A stretch of 64,000 nucleotides of DNA from Eledone cirrhosa. Lineage: Eukaryota. The translations under genes were made by a program, and so were the position numbers. Under the pieces are notes generated by a model. That model was not told the DNA's origin and did no database searches. It saw only the letters and a program-made list of their open reading frames with translations. Below, piece after piece: positions 56,986 to 64,000 of this stretch; within the stretch, counting starts at the first letter, position 1, and each line of letters starts with the position of its first letter. The stretch is taken from contig OZ024740.1 of assembly GCA_964016885.1 (NCBI GenBank), positions 273,420,001 to 273,484,000 of the forward strand, in the 5' to 3' direction.

Positions 56986-57690
56986 GTGTATATGTATGTA
57001 TATATGTATGTATAAACACACATACAGGTACACACAGACATATATATATATATATGTCTGTGTGTATGTATGATTATTCTGTATAAATTACTAAACGTTA
57101 TACTATCTATCGGGAAACTGGGAAAATCTACCTGGATTGTGTTGTCTACTTCGCTAGATGAGGTTTCACAATTCCACATCAGGTTACCAAATTTCTTTAA
57201 TCTTTTAATCTTTTTGGTTCATTACAGTCGTTGGCACAGGGAACAAGTTTTGTTGCCAAAGGCGAATTATTGTGGCGAGGAGGTTACAGGTCAAAGAGCT
57301 GGCCATTATTTTAAAAGAACTGCTGGCCAGAATTTAGCAATCTAGTTGGTGAAAATTACTCATGTGCCTGCACACTCACTGCAAACATCTTTCAACAAAA
57401 GATTTCAGCGCTTAATGTGATTTGAAGAAAAACTGTCGGACAAGCACTTAATTTCTACTTTATTTACGCAAAACTAATTTTCCAAGAGGAAGAGAATTCC
57501 TATATTATTTTAATTCATATTATTCTATTATATGCACGCTTGCATGTATGTACGCATATATATATATATATTTATATATATATATATACATTCAATTGAA
57601 GAAAGTTGCCTGATTGATGATCTGCCGACGTTTTCTTAACATATTTAAAGCACTCTACGAATTTTGTTCATCCGGAATTCTATTATAATA

Positions 57691-57874
57691 ATTGTTTCTA
57701 CTTTAGGCACAAGGCCAGTAATTTCCCAGTGCATTACTGGTACTTTATTTTATCGACCCCGTACGGATGAAAGGCAAAGTCAACCTCGGCGGGATTTGAA
57801 CTCAGAATGGCAAGGGCCGTAACTCTATGCGTCAAAGCATGACGTCCGACCCTCTACCGATACTGCCAATCCAC
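57691..57874 (-). mobile_element. Nin/Deu-domain SINE
   Basis: Family consensus. Confidence 0.9.
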
Positions 57875-58089
57875 AAACATGAAAGACGGTTTCATTTGTA
57901 CATCCCTATTTATTTTGTTATATGTATTTCAAAAACGTAAGGCAGTTGTATAACAACTGCCTTACGTGTTCTCTTCAGACAAAAAATCAAATAAGATGTA
58001 AATATCCATTGATATGGTACCGACATGTACGTATATGTCCGAAATGTTCAAGTGTCATCATATGTACTACATACATAATACTTTTATAT

Positions 58090-58508
58090 AATGGTTTCTG
58101 ATTTAGGCACTAGCTCAGCAACTTTGGAGAGGGGAATCGTAATTAAATCGACACCAGTGCGCTACTGGTATACTATTTTATCGACTCCATAAGGATGATA
58201 GGCAAAACTAACCTCGGTGAGATTTGAACTCAGAACGTAAAAGGAGGTAATTATGCCGAAAAACCTGTCAGACGTGTTACCAATACTGTCAATCCAACGC
58301 CATAATTGCTTTATATGATTCTTTTTGATTTAGCTACACGGTCATCAATTTTGGGGGATGTGAAAGTCGATTAAATCGACCCAGTTCATTACTGGTACTT
58401 TATTTTCTCCATCCCTTAAGGATGAAATGTAAAGGTAGTTAGGGTGATGTAACTATATGCCACAGCATGTTGTCTGTAGCTCTACCTATCTTATCAAATC
58501 ACTGCCCT
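58090..58508 (-). mobile_element. Two tandem older Nin/Deu-domain SINEs (58090-58301, 58320-58508)
   Basis: Two diverged family cores. Confidence 0.75.
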
Positions 58509-58559
58509 AATACTTTTATGTAAGGCAACACAATTAAAAGTATATATATATATTTATAT

Positions 58560-58730
58560 CTATATGTTTAACCGTTGGTTAATCAACGAGAAACATTGAT
58601 AGCCAGGTGAATTAACTGTAGAGATATAAAAGGCACAGAACCGAAAACCAATCCAAACCAAACAGTGAGTGTATTTTATTATTATTTCTGGCAATATTAT
58701 AACAATATGGCCCTCCCCAAATATAACAAT
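58560..58730 (+). mobile_element. Diverged PLE family D pLTR fragment
   Basis: Aligns to 47340-47503 (ccaaacagtgagtgt..ctggcaatatt..ccctccccaaatataacaat). Confidence 0.7.
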
Positions 58731-59216
58731 AAAAGTATTCTTCAATCTCATTTACATTTTCGAATATATCATGATATTAAATTCTATAACATTAATGGCA
58801 ATTTTTGATTTGAGAAATTCTTTTTTATTATGTTTATTTTCTGTTTTGATTTTTTAAATTGTTTGTGGTGGTCACAGTTGGGACGCTAGAATGTATTTTA
58901 GTTTGTAACTGTATGTGTGTAGGTCTACCTGGGCATCTCTCTTCTCTGTATTTACATGTTTATTTTTCTAGCTCTCTGGCTATTTCTCTCTTCTATATAT
59001 ATGTTTATATAAACCAGCCTCTATTTCTATTTATTCCATTACTTAGTGTATATTTTGCACTTGAATGACTCCTTAGATAACATATCAAACTAGATATTGA
59101 ATTACATATCATTCTACATATTTTACAAGACGACATGTCACTTTCGATTATATATTTGCTTATATCTTCATTTTTTGAGAATGTAGATATGACTTTTCTA
59201 TCTATCTCAGGAAAAC

Positions 59217-59248
<32 letters not shown>

Positions 59249-59259
59249 ATGTGTGCGTG

Positions 59260-59347
<88 letters not shown>

Positions 59348-59395
59348 CATATATATATGTATATATATATATATATATATATTAATTATTATTTA

Positions 59396-59544
<149 letters not shown>

Positions 59545-59711
59545 GATAGACGGATAGATAATTTATGAAGACCGGGAAGACGACATATAAGAGTAGTACT
59601 CGATGCATGATGAAATATATTGTGGGTATATTAATGATGTCAAGTTTCGCTAGCGAGGTCTACGTCTTCAGTTTGTAGTATCTTCTATCTTTTTCAGGGG
59701 TACATTTGCTT

Positions 59712-59752
<41 letters not shown>

Positions 59753-60919
59753 TGTTCGTATGAGTGTGTGTGTCAGTGTGTGTGTGTGGTTTATGTATGT
59801 GCGTGAGCGTGTGTGCGTGCGTCTCTGTACGTTTCTGTACGTATGCGTTTGGTAGTCGAAATATTTCATAGGAACACTTCGTTTCAATGAGATGTGCCGC
59901 TATGATTTTTCTAATAGTTTTTATACTCTTAAAAGACAGAATGTTTATAATCTTAATGCTCTGCAATAATCACTCGTAAACCTTTCTGCTGAATAAACTT
60001 ATTCATATAAAGTAATTATCTAAATTATTACAGTTCTTTGGATAAAAGCATGTTTTTTCAGAAAGTAAAAGAAACAATGCTCCAGTAAACCTTTATTTTA
60101 AGTTCTATAATTGTTTATATAGTTTCCACATTTAAGCAACTCAGTAGGAAACATCATCTGAATGGTTTGATTGCTCTTCTATAGTAATTAATACAAGTCA
60201 AGGGCGTGGGGCTGAGCGAATTATTCGACCATGTGCCTTCTGAGGTCATATGTGTGGTCACTGATATCATAGTGATGGCGATCATGCCGGTCCATTGCAC
60301 AACAATGACGCCATGTTCAGAGGAGACTTGTATGGTAGGACTAATAATGGTTTTCCACAAATTGGGATTAACTTCCAGTGCCTGCTTTATATATAGCAAA
60401 TGAATAAGAATAGGTATGACACTCGTCCATTCCCGAATGCAAAAAGCCTCTATGTATTAATCGCTTATGATAGAATACAGAGCTTAGAAATTTAAATCAA
60501 GTGACTAACCAAAGATGATACTTCAATTCATTTTATATATATATAAAATAAAGTAAACATTTGACTTATTTATTTTACTTTATTTTACATTACTCCGGAG
60601 TAACCAAACCAACCTACGCACTTAGTCGAGTGCTCCAGCCTGCATATTGAGGTGTTGGTATACAACCAACATATACTCAAAATCTCTCTCTATATATATA
60701 TATATTTGTATGTAAAGAGATAGATAGATAGAGCGAGAGAGGGGGATGAGAATGAGAGGAGAAAGAGAAAGAGACATAATCAGCAAGAATGATACATAGC
60801 TAAACAGTTACATCGAACAATCAAAGGGCCACGCTGGTGAAACGAACAGAGAACGACGAATACAGAGCTTAGAAATTTAAATCAAGTGACTAACCAAAGA
60901 TGATACTTCAATTCATTTG

Positions 60920-60950
<31 letters not shown>

Positions 60951-60955
60951 ATAAT

Positions 60956-63252
60956 ATAACAGGAGGCTGGACTGGTGTAAATCCTTGAAAGGATTATTAT
61001 ACTATGATCATTTGAATGACCGGGTTCCATATGAATCCGGTGATATCATCAGGTATTGGAATATAACAAAGGAATATGTAAAAAACCATGGGTCCGAAAA
61101 ATCAGAGACAGAGACAAAGAGGACGACTGACCAACTAGTTGCCTTTATCTCGGCCAGTCGCCCTCAAAGTGGTGGCAACTGAATCTACAAATGAACATCT
61201 GGTGAGGCTTATAAAAAGGGGAAGAAAGAAAGAAAGAAAGAGACAAAGAAGTCAGTGTAAGGGTCACACTACATTCATGCTAGAAAATGCCGCGAAAAAA
61301 TGCTACTCCAAAGAATCTATAATGGGTGTCTCTATGGTCTAATGTGTGAACGTTAAACTTATGTTGCGAGTTATAGGATGAAATTAAATTAAATTAAAAA
61401 TATTAAATTGAAAAATGATAAATTGAAAAATAAGTTATTAGAAAATTAAAGGTTAAGGTAGCGAGATTTATTTAATGAACTTACAGAGAGAGTCTTATAT
61501 GAAAAAAATTATCTCGATAAGATATTAGGATGGGATATAGAGTAAAGATTTTGATTGCGAGTCCCAGCCAGCATCCCCCCTCCCCACCATGAGTCAGCCA
61601 GTCTCGAGTGGTATCGTCCAGCGAAAGAAATGGAAATTAGTTTTTCCAAGTACTCTAGGAACGTAACTACCTTAGGCTTCAGGAGCGCTAGCGGGAACTC
61701 CACAATTTCGACAGGCCATCGTCTATATCAAACGAATATTATTAAATCACACATGAGGGGTTTATTTACGTGCCAGTAGAGGCATGATACAGCTAATAGT
61801 TATGCCTAAACCTGGAGTTTATAGGTATAAGTATAATATGGCGGCCAAAACAGGCGGCGAGGTGGGACCGGAGCAATGCAAGCCGCTCCGAGTAATTTCG
61901 TTTACCGAAAGAGGGGAAATTTATTTTTCCAAGCACTCAAGGAAGGCTGAACTTTCCGAACGCCCAGCGCGCAAACGGGAAAAGCCACCACACAAGTCGA
62001 AGGTAGCAACCCAATGAAAAGTGAAAATAGACCAAAATTATTTTAAAGTCCCAGTTAGTCCGGGTTATAAGTAGTGTGGTTCTTAGGTGGGTAGGGGGCT
62101 ATGAAAGGTGCATAATGACCTCAGTAAGGAAAGTTACAAAAAAATAATAAAAGCAGGATACAAAGATAAAATACAAATATAGAGATAGAATACATTGATA
62201 AAAATACATTAATAAATAAATAAAAAAATTTAAAAATATACATTAATGAAATAATAAAAAAATTAATAAAGGTAAATAACTAGGGATGTAGAAAGACGGA
62301 AGTATATAAGAACATATCGGAGGAATCACAGTGTAGGGGAAATACAATATAGATCAAGTTGTAGTAAGATAATACAGGTTGTACATATAGATATAGTGGA
62401 TGGAGGAGATGGAATGGTAACAGGTTGTACCTAGTGTAAAGTTCGGGTCTCCGAATTCAGTGTGAGTCACAAAAAGTCCTGAGGTATAGAGTAGAGAATT
62501 CAGTCAATACAATACATGTTTTAGTATAATACGTAGAGTTTTGTCGGAATCGGAATCATCCCGACAAGGAAGTAGTATCAGGCGGAGGTAGATAAAGCTA
62601 GAGCAGCCAAAATCCGAATGGTAAGTAGATCAGTTAATCCCATGCTGGCAATAGCTTTACACTGAAGTCAGTGCCGCTTTTCAATATTACATTTTGAATT
62701 GCTCAACATTATTGGAGCATTATTTCTTTAGGTTTGTTGGTTCACCACTGGCTAGAACTTGTCATTCCGTATGGTCAATCCTGGTGTAATATTGTGAAGA
62801 GTACTCAACGCAGTGCAGTTCAACCATCTTCGTTTGTGTAGTTGCTGGTGCGAATACGGAGTTAATTATAAAATAACAGGAGGCTGGACTGGTGTAAATC
62901 CTTGAAAGGTTTATTATACTATGATCATTTCAATGACCGGGTTCCATATGAATACGGTGATATCATCAGGTATTGGAATATAACAAAGGAATATGTAAAA
63001 AACCATGGGCCCGAAAAATCAGAGACAGAGACAAAGAGGACCACTGACCAACTAGCTGTCTTCATCTCGGCCAGTCGCCTTCAAAGTGGTGGCAACTGAA
63101 TCTACTAATGAACATCTGGTGAGGGGGCGAAGGCTTATAATGAAGATGGGTAAACTGCACTGCATTGAGTACTCTTCACAATATTACACCAGGATTGACC
63201 ATACAGAATGACCAGTTCTATCCAGTGGTGAACCAACAAACCTAAAGAAATA
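60956..63252 (-). mobile_element. ORF-less element with two HHR-containing 252-bp direct repeats (retrozyme/PLE-like)
   Basis: 60956-61207 = 62873-63124 (offset 1917); 63142-63252 is an inverted copy of 62721-62831; TA-flanked. Confidence 0.75.
62916..62973 (-). ncRNA. Type I hammerhead ribozyme
   Basis: Reverse complement atac-CTGATGA-stem II (accg..cggt)-GAAA-tgatca-TA-gtat; twin at 60999-61056 has CAAA. Confidence 0.7.
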
Positions 63253-63448
63253 TATATATATATATATATAAATTAATTATAATAATGAATAAAAACAAAG
63301 AAACAGTTCCTTATATTAAACAATTCATCATTTTACGATCGTTTCTAGGATATATATGTGTGTATAAGTATATATATCATATAGATCTATGTAAAAGTTT
63401 TACAAATTATCAGAGGGAATATACATACCTACACTGTCTTCAGAAATA

Positions 63449-63499
<51 letters not shown>

Positions 63500-63501
63500 A
63501 A

Positions 63502-63555
<54 letters not shown>

Positions 63556-63681
63556 AGGAGAATGAGACAGAATCAACAAGAATGAAACATAGCTAAACAG
63601 CTACATCGAACAATCAAAGGGCCACGCTGGTGAAACGAACAGAGAACGACGAAGTTTGAATGCGAATATCGCCACCTCAGC

Positions 63682-63863
63682 ACGGTGGATTGGCAGTACC
63701 GGTAGCGAATCAGACACGATGCTTCTAAGCATAGAGTTATTGCCCTTTACGTTCTGAGTTCAAATCCCGCCGAGGATAACTTTGTCTTTTATCCTTACGG
63801 TGTCGATAAAATAAAGTACCAGTAAAGCTCTGGGTTATTTTCTGGCCTTGTGCCAAAAGTAGC
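63682..63863 (+). mobile_element. Nin/Deu-domain SINE
   Basis: B-box gagttcaaatccc and family core. Confidence 0.9.
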
Positions 63864-63901
63864 AAAAATATTACTACCCCTGCGCCTATTATATATTTAT
63901 A

Positions 63902-64000
63902 TCTTTATATATATAAAAGCGAGGATGTGTGTGTGTCTGTGTACAACTTTGCATACTTAAGGCTTTTACAATTACCAACTGAATTTGACCAAATTTTCTG
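63902..64000 (+). mobile_element. 5' end of a Helitron-like element
   Basis: A|TCtttatatatataaaagcgaggatgtgtgtg, resembling the 5' end of the 55262-56112 element. Confidence 0.55.

Noticed and set aside
60154-60403. Non-repetitive short ORFs on both strands
   Set aside because: No recognisable domain or consistent splice signals.
60985-63099. Duplicated 65-aa ORF MKGLLYYDH..
   Set aside because: It starts at TTG and is the antisense of the HHR-containing direct repeat, so its conservation is explained by the repeat.

Overview
AT-rich, microsatellite-saturated eukaryotic DNA with no convincing host protein-coding gene. Most ORFs in the track are (TA)n/(CA)n/(GA)n/triplet artefacts. The SINE set, the TA-repeat density and the L1/Tx1 type suggest intronic or intergenic DNA of an octopod cephalopod (inference). 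The window is a layered record of mobile DNA: about 16 copies of a tRNA-derived Nin/Deu-domain SINE, 3 CORE-like SINEs, four truncated Penelope-like element (PLE) ORFs from three families, RTE, R4/Dong, L1/Tx1 and CR1/L2-group LINE fragments, non-autonomous Helitrons and a mariner-type MITE. The most notable signals are RNA-structural. (i) A near-complete HDV-like ribozyme fold sits exactly at the 5' end of an RTE LINE (26368-26445). (ii) About a dozen intact, variant or decayed minimal hammerhead (HHR) motifs lie in PLE pseudo-LTRs. (iii) A 2.3-kb ORF-less element is bounded by two HHR-bearing direct repeats 1917 bp apart (retrozyme-like). (iv) More than a dozen fold-back inversions from unrelated families are embedded in (TA)n tracts, including an apparently perfect 392-bp spacerless palindrome. 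All structures were read by eye. Element boundaries are approximate unless given base by base.
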